Assembly (NCBI GenBank): GCA_035559535.1 | Contig: DATMBG010000051.1 | Coordinates: 434,001-498,000 of the forward strand | Length of the DNA stretch: 64,000 nt | Source of the DNA: Candidatus Limnocylindrales bacterium | GTDB taxonomy: Bacteria; Moduliflexota; Moduliflexia; Moduliflexales; JAUQPW01 | Direction of reading: 5' to 3' | Shown here: positions 40,316 to 51,341 of the stretch, piece by piece | How positions within the stretch are numbered: position 1 is the first letter of the stretch | How the letters are laid out: the number at the start of each line of letters is the position of its first letter | Translations under genes and position numbers: made by a program | Notes under the pieces: model-generated | Seen by the model: only the letters and a program-made list of their open reading frames with translations | Database searches by the model: none | Told to the model about the DNA's origin: nothing

Positions 40316-42082
40316 ATGAGAAAAATCGATAGAACCCGCTTGAAAGAAGAACCGAACTTGCAGAAGCCAGCCGGCCCGGAAAAATTTCAGAAAAAAAAGC
40401 ACGCTTCCCGTCCTACCCTGCAAGGGGAGCCTCTGGTCTGGCTGACCGGTGGAGGTCTGGCTCTTGCCACTTTGATGGTCACCGGATTGCTCTTTTTGGT
40501 TTTTTATCAAGGTATCTTGACTTTTTGGCCTGAACCCCTCGTCAAAGTAGTAGATCGACAAGGAAGAGTCTATCTGGGGGAAATTACCCGTAAAGAAAGC
40601 TATCATCCCGGTCAGGAGGTTCTAAAACAACTCCCGGAACCCCAAGATCCCAGGGCTAAAAGTCTCCTGAAGAGGGGAATTGCCGAGAGAATCTTGATAA
40701 GAACGGGAAATTACGATCTCTACGGAGATGATTTTAAATGGATCTCGCTTTTCGAGATTCAGGAAAAAGAGTACCCTCCGGAGGCTATTACTGTGGAACG
40801 TTTAGAGTGGGGACCTTTCTATGGATTTATGGAAGAGTTTCGAATCGATGGCAATCCTATAGCCCAGGGACCTACAGAAACCTGGAAAAAATTCCAAGAA
40901 TTCCATGATCAGGCCAGGGAACGTTATCTAAAAATCAAACAGATGGAGAAAAAGGATCTGGATGGGGTTAATACGCAAATTGAGGAATCTAGATTAAAGC
41001 TCAGAAAAGCCGAGTTAATTTATGGAAAGAACTCGGATCGTTATAAGAAAATACGGGCTCAGATCGAAAAGGAAGAAAACGCTTTAACCATACACTATCA
41101 TCAAATAAGTGAACAAATAACCCGACTCCAGGAAGAAAACAATCGTTATAAAATTTTGCTGAAAGAAGTGGGTGGGACTCCTAAAGAAATCGGTTTATTT
41201 GAAGTGGTTCGCGCCTATCGGGCCAATGAGTTGAACTTTTGGGAGAGATTAAAAATCTACCTCTCCCGTTGGTGGGAGTTTCTAAGCAGTGAGCCCCGGG
41301 AAGCCAATACGGAAGGAGGGGTTTTTCCGGCTATTTTTGGGACTTTTGTAATGACCGTTATCATGTCCCTGGCTGTAGCTCCCTTTGGGGTTATTGCTGC
41401 CTTATATTTAAGGGAATATGCCAAACAGGGACCTTTGGTATCCGGGGTACGGATTGCGGTCAATAATTTAGCCGGGGTACCCAGTATTGTTTTTGGTGTT
41501 TTCGGTCTTGGCTTTTTCTGCTATATAGTAGGTGGAACGATCGATTCGATATTTTTCCCTGAAAAGCTTCCGGTACCCACCTTCGGTACAGGTGGAATCC
41601 TTTGGGCTTCGCTGACCCTGGCTTTATTGACGGTTCCTGTGGTTATTGTCGCTACGGAAGAAGCCCTGGCCGCCGTCCCCAGAAGTATGCGAGAAGGTTC
41701 CTATGCCTGTGGTGCCAGCAAGTGGCAAACCATTCGAAGGGTCGTACTTCCTCAAGCAACCCCTGGCATTATGACGGGATTAATTCTGGCCATGGCGCGG
41801 GGAGCCGGAGAAGTCGCCCCCCTGATGATTACCGGGGTCGTTAAACTGGCTCCCCAACTACCCCTGGATGATCGCTTCCCCTATTTCCACCTGGAGCGAA
41901 GTTTTATGCATCTGGGATTTCACATTTATGATGTCGGATTTCAATCTCGAAATTCAGAAGCCGGAAAACCTATGGTATTCACGACAACGCTTCTCCTCAT
42001 TCTTTTGATCGTAACCTTGAATGCAACGGCCATTTACTTGCGCAATAAACTCAAAAGAAAATATAAGGTAGGACATTTCTAA
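40316..42082 (+). CDS. pstA: Phosphate ABC permease PstA (long form)
   Basis: EGGVFPAIFGT, LAGVPSIVFG, ARGAGEVAP. Confidence 0.94.
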   Translation: MRKIDRTRLKEEPNLQKPAGPEKFQKKKHASRPTLQGEPLVWLTGGGLALATLMVTGLLFLVFYQGILTFWPEPLVKVVDRQGRVYLGEITRKESYHPGQEVLKQLPEPQDPRAKSLLKRGIAERILIRTGNYDLYGDDFKWISLFEIQEKEYPPEAITVERLEWGPFYGFMEEFRIDGNPIAQGPTETWKKFQEFHDQARERYLKIKQMEKKDLDGVNTQIEESRLKLRKAELIYGKNSDRYKKIRAQIEKEENALTIHYHQISEQITRLQEENNRYKILLKEVGGTPKEIGLFEVVRAYRANELNFWERLKIYLSRWWEFLSSEPREANTEGGVFPAIFGTFVMTVIMSLAVAPFGVIAALYLREYAKQGPLVSGVRIAVNNLAGVPSIVFGVFGLGFFCYIVGGTIDSIFFPEKLPVPTFGTGGILWASLTLALLTVPVVIVATEEALAAVPRSMREGSYACGASKWQTIRRVVLPQATPGIMTGLILAMARGAGEVAPLMITGVVKLAPQLPLDDRFPYFHLERSFMHLGFHIYDVGFQSRNSEAGKPMVFTTTLLLILLIVTLNATAIYLRNKLKRKYKVGHF

Positions 42083-42242
42083 GTTGCCCGAGAATAGAAT
42101 ATGGAGGTTAATCCCCTATACCTTAAGCTAATGCTTCCTCCCCGACCTTTCCCCGCTTTGCAGGGAAAGAAATTTGCGCCAAAGTTTCTTTCTCTGTAAA
42201 ACAGGGAAGGAATAGGGCGAAGATACCCTTTAGCAGGGCTTT

Positions 42243-43106
42243 ATGAAGACCATGAAAAATTCTACTCATTGGATCAGGTCTAAGTCTGTAGAAGAGAAGT
42301 TAGAAGAATTTGCAGAACTGGAGTCGACCATTCATCCAGAACTGGACACCGAAAATGCTATTATCGAAATAAAGGACTTTAATCTCTGGTACGGGTCTCA
42401 ACAGGCACTCTATAATATCAACATGCGTATTCCTTATGGGAAAGTGACGGCCCTTATGGGACCCTCGGGTTGTGGAAAGTCTACATTGATCCGCTGTATC
42501 AACCGATTGAACGATTTAATAGATAACGTTCGTATCAAAGGGGAAATGTATCTCAATAAAGATCCCATTTATGCTCCAGATGTGGATGTGATCGAACTCC
42601 GAAAACGGATTGGTATGGTTTTTCAAAAATCCAACCCCTTCCCCATGAGCATTTACGAAAACGTAGTTTATCCACTTCGAATCGATGGAGAAAATCGCAA
42701 AGCTGTTTTGGATGAGGTTGTGGAGCGAAGCTTAAAAAGTGCTGCGCTGTGGGAGGAAGTCAAAGACCGACTTCACCATTCGGCGCTGGAACTTTCCGGT
42801 GGTCAACAACAACGTCTCTGCATCGCCCGGGCTATTGCCCAGGAACCGGAAGTGCTACTCATGGATGAACCTTGCTCGGCCCTGGATCCCATCGCAACGG
42901 GAAAAATCGAGGATCTTATCCACGCCCTCAAAGGGGAGTATACCGTGGTGATCGTAACCCATAACCTACAGCAAGCGGCCCGAATCTCAGACTATACGGC
43001 TTTCATGTACCTTGGAAAGCTTATTGAATTCGGACCCACGGCAGTTATTTACCAAAATCCTATAAGGCCTCAAACCGAGGCCTATATCACAGGTCGATTT
43101 GGATAA
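42243..43106 (+). CDS. pstB: Phosphate ABC ATP-binding protein
   Basis: [28 protein letters not shown]. Confidence 0.97.
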   Translation: MKTMKNSTHWIRSKSVEEKLEEFAELESTIHPELDTENAIIEIKDFNLWYGSQQALYNINMRIPYGKVTALMGPSGCGKSTLIRCINRLNDLIDNVRIKGEMYLNKDPIYAPDVDVIELRKRIGMVFQKSNPFPMSIYENVVYPLRIDGENRKAVLDEVVERSLKSAALWEEVKDRLHHSALELSGGQQQRLCIARAIAQEPEVLLMDEPCSALDPIATGKIEDLIHALKGEYTVVIVTHNLQQAARISDYTAFMYLGKLIEFGPTAVIYQNPIRPQTEAYITGRFG

Positions 43107-43308
43107 TAGGAAATCAGGAGCCGGGGATCAGGGACCGGAAGGAAAGAAGGAATACCAAATCTCTATTGAAATACGCCACAGGCTGGATGACCTCTCCCCG
43201 TTCGGACTTTGATAAATTCAGGACGAACGGTATACGGCTGCCGGCTCATTTCAATCAGAAATAGGTATGACGCCGGTCCCTGATTCCTGAATTCTGACTC
43301 CTGGAGAT

Positions 43309-43983
43309 ATGAGAGAACACCTTGTCCGAGAACTTATGGGACTAAAAGCAAAATGGATCGATCTGAGTCGGCATGTCATTACCCAGTTGGATGATGCGAT
43401 TTCTTCTTTATTAACCGATAACTATGAACTGGCTCAAAAAGTCATCGAAGAGGACTCAGATATAGACCATCAGGAAGTCTTGATCGAAGAAGAGTGCCTG
43501 AAGATTATAGCCCTCTATCAGCCGGTATCCCGGGACTTACGTCTGATTGCAGCCATCTTAAAAGCCAACAACGACTTAGAACGAATCGGAGATCATGCTG
43601 TTAATATCGCCCAAATGACTTTAAGCCTTCGGGATAACCCCATTAAAAATTTCCCTCCCCATCTGGGAGAGATGACCCAAAAGGTCACCGATATTTGCCA
43701 ACGGGGATTCCAGGCATTTATAGATGGGGATCTGGAAATGGCCCGGGTAATTTGTAGAGAAGATCGGACCGTGGACGAACTGGAAGAGTATATTTACGCT
43801 GAAACAAAAAAAGCCCGTGAGGCAGGAATTTTAAATTTTGACCATGCGCTTTATTTGCATAGATTTGCCAGGGAATTGGAGCGGGTTTCCGATCTTATCA
43901 CCAATATTGCCGAAGACACCATTTATCTGATCACAGGTAAAATCGTCCGACATAACCCGGACATAAAGGGTTATATCACCTGA
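43309..43983 (+). CDS. phoU: Phosphate signalling protein PhoU
   Basis: QPVSRDLR, DLERIGDHAVNIA, ELERVSD. Confidence 0.95.
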   Translation: MREHLVRELMGLKAKWIDLSRHVITQLDDAISSLLTDNYELAQKVIEEDSDIDHQEVLIEEECLKIIALYQPVSRDLRLIAAILKANNDLERIGDHAVNIAQMTLSLRDNPIKNFPPHLGEMTQKVTDICQRGFQAFIDGDLEMARVICREDRTVDELEEYIYAETKKAREAGILNFDHALYLHRFARELERVSDLITNIAEDTIYLITGKIVRHNPDIKGYIT

Positions 43984-44006
43984 GGGGGTTTGAGAATCAA
44001 AATGTA

Positions 44007-44702
44007 TTATACCGTTAAGTGCCTGCGGACAATCTCTTCTCCAATTTCCTGCCTTGTTCCCTGGGCAACAATAGTACCTTTGTCCATGATATAATAAGTA
44101 TCGGCCAGACGTTCAGCGAACTCGATGTACTGCTCGACCAACAAAATTGTAATTTTGCCTTCGGCTTTAAGGTGGGCAATAACTTCCTCGATTTCGAGAA
44201 TAATGGACGGTTGAATACCTTCTGTGGGCTCATCCAGTAATAAGAGTTGGGGTTCTCCTACCAGGGCCCGGGCAATGGCCAGTTGTTGTTGTTGACCTCC
44301 GCTCAATACCCCACCCTGACGCTGAAGCATGGTCTTGAGAACCGGGAACAAGCGAAATACCTCCTCCGGGAGGGTCTGTTGCTTATCTTTTCGGGCTTCT
44401 AATCCCAGTCGTAAATTTTCACCTACACTGAGTTGGGGAAAGATTTCTCGTCCCTGGGGTACATAGCCAATCCCCATGCGGACCCGTTCATGGGTACTAC
44501 GTCGGGTAATGTCTTTCCCTTGAAAGATGACCCGACCGCTACGGACCGGGAGGAGACCCATGATTCCTTTAAGCAAGGTAGTCTTGCCGGCCCCATTACG
44601 TCCCATCAGACAGACTATCTGCCCGGCCGGTACCTGCAGGCTTACCTGCCTCAAAATATGACTCTGACCGTAATAAACATTCAGATTCTCAACACTCAAC
44701 AT
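44007..44702 (-). CDS. urtE: Urea ABC ATP-binding protein UrtE
   Basis: YGQSHIL, GRNGAGKT, DEPTEGIQPSII. Confidence 0.93.
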   Translation of the reverse strand: MLSVENLNVYYGQSHILRQVSLQVPAGQIVCLMGRNGAGKTTLLKGIMGLLPVRSGRVIFQGKDITRRSTHERVRMGIGYVPQGREIFPQLSVGENLRLGLEARKDKQQTLPEEVFRLFPVLKTMLQRQGGVLSGGQQQQLAIARALVGEPQLLLLDEPTEGIQPSIILEIEEVIAHLKAEGKITILLVEQYIEFAERLADTYYIMDKGTIVAQGTRQEIGEEIVRRHLTV

Positions 44703-44720
44703 AACCGTGGTTTTTAACTT

Positions 44721-45491
44721 TTACCTCCCCGTTGAATTGTCGTTACGTTTCCTTCCCAGATAGATCTCCACAACCCGTGGATCGTTTTGGACCACTTCTA
44801 CCGGGCCCTCACACAAAACCTGCCCCTCGTGAAGAACCGTAATTTTCCGTGCAATCTGACGTACAAAGGCCATATCATGTTCAATAACCAACACAGAATG
44901 ATCCTCTGCAATTCTTTCCAATAGCTTGGCCGTGTGGGCCGTTTCTTGATCGGTCATACCGGCAACCGGTTCATCAATGAGCAAAAGTTTAGGTTCCTGT
45001 AACAAAACCATGCCGATCTCTAACCACTGTTTTTCACCATGGGCCAGGACTCCTGCCGGCACATGGGCTTTGGATGCCAATCCGGTGATATCCAATACCG
45101 TCTCGATACTTTGTAATTGCCTGGATGAAAGAGGGGACAGCAGGGTTGCAAACACACCTCGCTTGGGTTGGTAAAGGGAAAGCTCTAGATTTTCAAAAAC
45201 GGTCAGGTGATTGAATACCGAAGGAGTTTGAAATTTACGACCTACGCCCAGCCGAACGATTTCATGTTCACGGAGTCGGGTGATATCGGTATTCATTCCG
45301 AAAATCACCCGACCCTCTGCAGGTCTGACCCGCCCTGAAATCACATCCAGCAAGGTGGTTTTACCTGCTCCATTGGGACCGATAACCACTCGCAGCTCGG
45401 GATAATCCATATAAAAGTTTAACCTCTGCAGAGCCTTGAAACCGTCAAAGCTTACCGTTACGTCTTCTAGATAGATAATGGATCCTTGCAT
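44721..45491 (-). CDS. urtD: Urea ABC ATP-binding protein UrtD
   Basis: SFDGFKAL, GRKFQTP, HGEKQWLEIGM. Confidence 0.93.
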   Translation of the reverse strand: MQGSIIYLEDVTVSFDGFKALQRLNFYMDYPELRVVIGPNGAGKTTLLDVISGRVRPAEGRVIFGMNTDITRLREHEIVRLGVGRKFQTPSVFNHLTVFENLELSLYQPKRGVFATLLSPLSSRQLQSIETVLDITGLASKAHVPAGVLAHGEKQWLEIGMVLLQEPKLLLIDEPVAGMTDQETAHTAKLLERIAEDHSVLVIEHDMAFVRQIARKITVLHEGQVLCEGPVEVVQNDPRVVEIYLGRKRNDNSTGR

Positions 45492-45535
45492 TTTAAATTA
45501 ACTTCCCCCATTAACCCTTAACATGATTCCAGAGA

Positions 45536-46672
45536 TTAAGGATTAACGGCCAGTGCAGCCTGTTTTCTTTTAAAGAATGAGCGTTCTCGTAAATAATTGC
45601 GATGGAGTTGTCGTAACGATCCTATAATCCCATCTGGAAACAACAGAACGACGGCAATGAATAAGCCTCCCAGGAAATATAGCCAGAAATCGGGATAATG
45701 GGTGGTCAGGAAACTCCGCATCCAGTTAACCACGACAGCGCCTAAAGCAGCTCCCACGAGAGTACCACGCCCGCCGACTGCCACCCAGACTACCATTTCA
45801 ATGGAAGGAAGCACCCCAATAGCACCCGGTGTAATAATCCCTACCTGTGGAACATACAGGGCTCCAGCCAGACCTGCCAAACCTGCCGATAGAACAAATA
45901 CAAACAACTTAAATTCAGCCGGAGAGTAGCCTAAAAAACGGACTCGATTCTCACCATCCCGGATGGCTATCAACATGCGACCCAGGCGCGAACGTACTAT
46001 CCAACGACAGAGCAGATAAGCTCCCAACAAGCAGATGGCCGTTATTATATATAACCCCCGTTTGGTACCCGGATTCTGCAAAGGAAAACCGAGCAGGGTT
46101 TTAAAATCTGTTAATCCGTTGGTTCCTCCCAGGTTCAGGGAATTACGGTTAAAGGTTAGCCAGGCAGACAGCGCAAGGGCCTGGGTAATAATGGAAAAAT
46201 AGACCCCCCGGATGCGGCTGCGAAATGCAAAGAAACCGAATATGGTAGCAAACAACATGGGCACCAGGAATACAGCCAGTAGAGTAAATCCAAAACTATA
46301 AAAAGGCTTCCAGAAGAGAGGTAGTTCGGTGACCCGGTTCCAAACCATAAAATCGGGTAAGTTACTCCGATATACCCCTTCGGTACCTATGGATAAAGCC
46401 AGATGCATGCCCATGCAATAAGCCCCCAGGCCAAAGAAGACCCCATGACCCAGACTCAGAATCCCGGTATAACCCCAGATCAGGTCGAGCCCCAGGGCGA
46501 GAATAGCATAGGCGAGGAACTTGCCAAACAGATTTAAAGAAAAATTCGATACCCGATACCAGGCCCCTTCGTCGGGAAGTACATTGAGAAGAGGCAGGAT
46601 GACCACTAAAAATAGGGCTACGATCATAAAAGGCAGCCATGTTCTGAATAATGAAGCAGATACTTTACCCAT
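45536..46672 (-). CDS. urtC: Urea ABC permease UrtC
   Basis: WGYTGILSLGHG, LPDFMVW, RGVYFSIITQA. Confidence 0.93.
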   Translation of the reverse strand: MGKVSASLFRTWLPFMIVALFLVVILPLLNVLPDEGAWYRVSNFSLNLFGKFLAYAILALGLDLIWGYTGILSLGHGVFFGLGAYCMGMHLALSIGTEGVYRSNLPDFMVWNRVTELPLFWKPFYSFGFTLLAVFLVPMLFATIFGFFAFRSRIRGVYFSIITQALALSAWLTFNRNSLNLGGTNGLTDFKTLLGFPLQNPGTKRGLYIITAICLLGAYLLCRWIVRSRLGRMLIAIRDGENRVRFLGYSPAEFKLFVFVLSAGLAGLAGALYVPQVGIITPGAIGVLPSIEMVVWVAVGGRGTLVGAALGAVVVNWMRSFLTTHYPDFWLYFLGGLFIAVVLLFPDGIIGSLRQLHRNYLRERSFFKRKQAALAVNP

Positions 46673-46717
46673 AACCGATCCCCCGGTAATTAATACCTAG
46701 CAATTCCTTGATAATTG

Positions 46718-48592
46718 TTAATTTTCAATGCTTCGTCCTTTAAGTGCAAAAAGCCCTGAAGGCTTCGCCTGAAGGAGTAGGATAACCAGGATAAGAATTG
46801 CAACTTTACTAAAAACCGAACCCAGACTGGGTTCGAAGATTTTATTGAGACTTCCAATCCCAAGAGCGGCTAAAATAGAACCTGCCAATTTACCTACACC
46901 CCCGGTAACTACAACCATAAAAGAATCCACCACATAGGTTTGACCTAAATCGGGTCCCACATTACCGATCTGGCTTAAGGCGCATCCCGCCAGCCCGGCC
47001 ATACCTGCTCCAAATCCAAACGTCCAGGCATCTATTTTACGGGTTGCAATTCCAAGACAGGAGCTCATAGAGCGATTTTGTGTGACGGCCCGAATTTTCA
47101 ATCCTATATTCGAACGAAAAAGCACAGCGTAAGTGATTATAACGCATACCACCGCCAATCCGATAATGAAAAGTCGATTGTAGGGAAGATAAACCCCCAC
47201 CAGAATCTGGATACCGCCACTGAGCCAATTTGGAGAAACTACCGAGACGTTTGCTGCACCAAAGATCTGTCGTACCGCCTGTTGCAGAATCAAGCTAACA
47301 CCCCAGGTAGCCAGTAAAGTTTCCAGGGGTCGCCCGTAAAGGAAACGAATCAGACACCGCTCCAAAAGTAAACCCATCCCACTGGCCACTACAAAGGAGA
47401 AGGGAAGAGCCAGTAAAAAGTAGTAATTAAAAAGACTAGCAGGTAAAGAGTTCACAAACCATTGTTGCATCACATAGGTGGCATAGGCTCCCAACATCAT
47501 AAGTTCACCGTGGGCCATATTAATGACACCCATTAAACCGAAGACGATGGCCAGCCCTAAAGCCATCAAGAGCAAAATAGAACTGAGACTAATCCCTCGA
47601 AACAGGGTCTCCACGACCCGGGTAAAGATTGCCCAATTTTCTATCTTCTTAATTGCCTGTCCGGCAGCTTCACGCACAGTTGGATCCGGGTCCCCTCCAG
47701 AGCCATCGGGAGTTGTATCCTGTAATTTTTGAAGGCCGGGAATCGCCTCTTCAACACCTAACTCTCCAAGCCGTCGGGCCGCAGTACGTCGTACAGTAGG
47801 ATCTGCGTCTGTTAATTTGATGAGTTGAATCGCGGCCTCAATAGCGTAACGGTTCCATCGATCCGATTCGGCGGCCAAAGCCTCTGTCAACAAGGGTATA
47901 GAAGCCGGATCTCCCATCTGACCCAGCTTAATAGCAGACGCCCGACGGGTACTGCTATCCGGGCTGAAGAGGCTGAGCCGGTTGGTAAGATCATCAATAA
48001 AAGGCTTAATTATTTTGCGTAAATTTCGATTCGCTTGAATTTCCTTAAGTTCTGTGAGTGGAACCTGGAGGATTTGACCCTTGGCATCCAACAAGGGTTG
48101 TTTACCATATGCACTGAACAGAGGTACAATTTTGGTCTCCCCCTGGGTCAGGATTTCCCCTCCGATGACTATCTGGGATCCTCCGTCGGCAGACTTCCAT
48201 ACATAAAGCCCCCCTTCTCGAAGAGCAATAAAAAGCGGAAGTAATTGAAGATCATTCCGTTTACCCAAGGCCAGGACCGCTGCTTCAAGGGTCGCAGCAT
48301 CCTGACTGGCCAGGGCGGCTATCTCTTGGGAGATCTCGGCTCCGGGAGCCGACCCACCGGTAGCCATCTTTGAGGTTAACTCACCTTCCGCGCCTTCCAC
48401 CCTCTGGAGCCATCCCCCTAACCCATTCGGGATTAAAATCAATAATAACCCTAAACCCCAGATAAATGCCCAACGACACGCAATCCCATGTTTCTGTTTT
48501 TTCTTTCTACCGGCTGGTATTGTAGCCATGAACCTTTGTCTCCCATTTACCGTGAAAATGTTGCCTGAAGGTAAGGACAACCTGACTTTCAA
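46718..48592 (-). CDS. urtB: Urea ABC permease UrtB with periplasmic HEAT-like repeats (start probably downstream)
   Basis: GVINMAHGE, RPLETLLATWG, DSFMVVV; D.D..VR..AA repeats. Confidence 0.92.
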   Translation of the reverse strand: MKVRLSLPSGNIFTVNGRQRFMATIPAGRKKKQKHGIACRWAFIWGLGLLLILIPNGLGGWLQRVEGAEGELTSKMATGGSAPGAEISQEIAALASQDAATLEAAVLALGKRNDLQLLPLFIALREGGLYVWKSADGGSQIVIGGEILTQGETKIVPLFSAYGKQPLLDAKGQILQVPLTELKEIQANRNLRKIIKPFIDDLTNRLSLFSPDSSTRRASAIKLGQMGDPASIPLLTEALAAESDRWNRYAIEAAIQLIKLTDADPTVRRTAARRLGELGVEEAIPGLQKLQDTTPDGSGGDPDPTVREAAGQAIKKIENWAIFTRVVETLFRGISLSSILLLMALGLAIVFGLMGVINMAHGELMMLGAYATYVMQQWFVNSLPASLFNYYFLLALPFSFVVASGMGLLLERCLIRFLYGRPLETLLATWGVSLILQQAVRQIFGAANVSVVSPNWLSGGIQILVGVYLPYNRLFIIGLAVVCVIITYAVLFRSNIGLKIRAVTQNRSMSSCLGIATRKIDAWTFGFGAGMAGLAGCALSQIGNVGPDLGQTYVVDSFMVVVTGGVGKLAGSILAALGIGSLNKIFEPSLGSVFSKVAILILVILLLQAKPSGLFALKGRSIEN

Positions 48593-48664
48593 GGGCTGAT
48601 AGACAGACCCCCTTCCCTACTCTTTCCCCTTCCATGGCAAGGAAGAGTTAGAATAGGAGCCTGT

Positions 48665-48850
48665 CCCCATCCGCTACCTGTAAAGAGCGACCCATCGGGT
48701 AACCCTTTAACGGGATTCCCTTCGTAACTCGCTGCTCACCCTTCGCTCCCTGTAGGGCAGGTTTGAAACCTGCCCTACAGGGTTTCCCTTCGTAATTCAC
48801 CACGCGCCCTTCGCTACGTGTAAGGGTAATTAGAGAAAACTGCCTTACCG
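48665..48850. repeat. BIME-like array of three REP-like hairpins with repeated linkers
   Basis: Central gtagggcaggtttgaaacctgccctac; linker gg(a/t)ttcccttcgtaa...cccttcgct occurs twice. Confidence 0.65.
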
Positions 48851-48904
48851 GCTAACACGGAAATGGTTTAGACCTTGTGGAAGTTATCCAATAAAAATTT
48901 CCTC

Positions 48905-50326
48905 CTAACCTTTGGTATAAGTCCCCTTGTGATTAACCCAATCACAACCTTTATCCGGACTGGTATATTGGCTCCAGGGCTCGGCACGGACTAACCCCTC
49001 GGATTGCCAAACAATTCGAAATTGCCCATCCTTCTGAATTTCTCCAATGAGAACCGGCTTATAGGTGTGATGATTGTTCTCATCCATTTTTTTCTTTCCA
49101 CCGGGTGCCATAAACTCCAGTCCGTAAACGGCCTGGCGGACAGCATCCACGTCGGTAGTACCGGCTTTTTCAACGGCCATCCTCCAGACATAGACTCCGT
49201 AATAAGCAGCCTCGATGGGATCGTCGGTAACCCGAGATTCTCCACCCGGTAAATTATTTTTCTTACAATAGGCTTTAAAATTAGCTACAAACTTCTTGTT
49301 CTCCGGGGTATCAATGGATTGAAAATAGTTCCAGGTAGCCAAATGACCTACCAAGGCAGAGGTATCCATACCTCGCAATTCATCCTCGGCTACACTGAAG
49401 GCCATGATCGGCACTTGCTCCGACGTAATCCCTTGATTAACAAATTCCTTGTAGAAAGGCACATTACTATCTCCATTAATCGTGCTGAGGACTGCGGCAT
49501 CCCCCCCGCTGGCAAATTTCTTAATTTTTCCTACAATGGTTTGATAATCTTGATGATGGAAAGGCGTGTACTCTTCCATAATATTTTCTTCAGGAATACC
49601 CTTAGCTAACAGCATAGCCCGCAGGATTTTATTAGCCGTACGGGGGAACACATAATCCGTTCCTAACAGATAGAATTTTTTATACCCTCCTCCCTCTTTG
49701 CTCATCAAATACTCGGCAGCCGGAATCAATTGTTGATTGGGGGTTGCGCCTGTATAGAAAACATTACGGGAACATTCCTCACCCTCATATTGGACCGGAT
49801 AGAAAAGCAATCCATTGTTCTGCTCAAAAACAGGCAATACAGACTTACGACTTACCGAGGTCCAGCACCCGAAAACAACGGCTACCTTCTCCTGCAACAG
49901 GAGTTGTTTGGCTTTCTCTGCAAAGAGGTCCCAATCCGATGCAGGATCCACCACTACAGGTTGAATCGGTTGACCGAGTACACCTCCACTGGCGTTAATT
50001 TCTTCAACGGCCATCAGAACCACATCCCGTAAAGACACCTCACTGATGGCCATCGTCCCACTTAATGAATGAAGCACGCCTATTTTAATTCCCTTACCCT
50101 GGGCTCTGGCCAGTCGTGGCAGCGGCGTACCCCCTATAAAGCTGCCGGCGGCAAGACCCAGTCCGGCTGCAGCCGTCTGTTTTAAAAACTCCCTACGACC
50201 CGGATTTTGAAGCCCCTTAGGACCCTTTGTATCCGACATCTTCATCCTCTTCTTCTTTCTCTTCATAGACCTTCGAAGGAACAAATGAACTCCCCAATCT
50301 TTTTTAGAAAAAAGTGGGGAGTTCAC
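48905..50326 (-). CDS. urtA: Urea ABC substrate-binding protein UrtA, Tat-exported (start probably near 50238)
   Basis: RREFLK Tat motif, HSLSGTMAISE, GCWTSVSRKSVLP, YPVQYEG. Confidence 0.95.
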   Translation of the reverse strand: MNSPLFSKKDWGVHLFLRRSMKRKKKRMKMSDTKGPKGLQNPGRREFLKQTAAAGLGLAAGSFIGGTPLPRLARAQGKGIKIGVLHSLSGTMAISEVSLRDVVLMAVEEINASGGVLGQPIQPVVVDPASDWDLFAEKAKQLLLQEKVAVVFGCWTSVSRKSVLPVFEQNNGLLFYPVQYEGEECSRNVFYTGATPNQQLIPAAEYLMSKEGGGYKKFYLLGTDYVFPRTANKILRAMLLAKGIPEENIMEEYTPFHHQDYQTIVGKIKKFASGGDAAVLSTINGDSNVPFYKEFVNQGITSEQVPIMAFSVAEDELRGMDTSALVGHLATWNYFQSIDTPENKKFVANFKAYCKKNNLPGGESRVTDDPIEAAYYGVYVWRMAVEKAGTTDVDAVRQAVYGLEFMAPGGKKKMDENNHHTYKPVLIGEIQKDGQFRIVWQSEGLVRAEPWSQYTSPDKGCDWVNHKGTYTKG

Positions 50327-50387
50327 CGGTACTTTCAGAAGGAGTGTTAAAACCTAGATTAAGCTTGCTTGGTTGATAGATCTGAAG

Positions 50388-50404
50388 AGCAACTCAAATG
50401 CCAA
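50388..50404 (-). promoter_or_regulatory. sigma54 promoter of the urt operon
   Basis: TTGGCATTTGAGTTGCT; near-palindromic enhancer candidate tgcctaatacttgggca at 50464-50480. Confidence 0.78.
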
Positions 50405-51060
50405 TTCAGTCAAAAACTAACTTATGTAATCTCAACAACTTAAAAAAACCCGTCTGGAAAAAATGCCTAATACTTGGGCAGGTAGGGAGGGGATCTGTCT
50501 AAAAAAGAGGCTAAAGGAACTGACCCTAAGTCCTTGCAGTAAATTTTTAAACGTCTGAAAGCCCGAAGATTTCACGAAAACAACCCTGGAAATCTTATGC
50601 TGACCCTGACTAAAGAGGTGGCTCCTGGGGAGGGGCGACTCTGCGGAGCTTTTATGTAGGCCATCCTGCCCTTCCTTTCTCACAGGCAGGGAGGGTCAGG
50701 GTGGGGTGGTTCCCATGTGCATCAAGTTAAGGATTAAGTAGGGCGTCTGGACACCCTCCTGACTCCCTTTCCGGGGTAGATGTTTCTAACCTGACCCTCT
50801 AACCCCCTTCCTGATGCGGGAAGGGGGAACTCGGAGATGGTTTGGATCCTAACTCTTCCCTTTCCTGTAGCCTGGATTAGTACCCTTTCTTGAGGATTAA
50901 TAAGGCTTCCTACGCTAAGGTTACTTAAAGAAACCTACCCTTAAAAGCATGCTCCCACCTTATCGGCTACACGCTCAGTTAGAAAAATCTCCCCTTTCTT
51001 CGCCTCTAGCTTCTCCTCATTCCCCCACTTAGGGCATCTCGATTACTTCACGAAACAATA

Positions 51061-51248
51061 TAATGCCGGTAGTTGAGCGACTTGAACTACACTCCCTTCA
51101 TTAAGGGGAAAACTTATGCTGACGTCGCTTGGGGTATGTAGATGCTAGGAGGTTGTGGCAAAGCCGGCTTTCCAAGCTGATGTTTGACGATGGCCTCTTA
51201 AACCGAGACAACACTAAAATAAACCTTATGAGCTGGATCACGAATCAT
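51061..51248 (-). pseudogene. VapC/PIN toxin remnant
   Basis: IRDPAHKVYFSVVSV*EAIVKHQLGK...PLNEGSVVQVAQLP with a stop and frameshifts. Confidence 0.7.
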
Positions 51249-51269
51249 GTGCTGTTCCCGTGACACCAT

Positions 51270-51341
51270 ATCCAATGACCTCCGCTTTACCTGTGCTGCG
51301 AAGTACAGCGGAGCAGGGTTAGGTGCAAGCGCGTGTTGGAC
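51270..51341 (-). other. Integron attC site
   Basis: GTCCAAC acgcgcttgcacctaaccctgctccgctgtacttcgcagcacaggtaaagcggaggtc ATTGGAT: RYYYAAC inverse core, imperfect dyad, eroded GTTRRRY core. Confidence 0.8.

Noticed and set aside
48665-48850. CRISPR array
   Set aside because: Only two imperfect repeats, the 'spacers' are REP-like hairpins, and there are no cas genes in the window.
50660-50880. Structured ncRNA or riboswitch upstream of urtA
   Set aside because: The hairpins resemble a dispersed CCCCTTCC/GGAAGGGG palindrome family (similar near 28660, 36190, 42140, 48610, 54015) and lie upstream of the sigma54 promoter.
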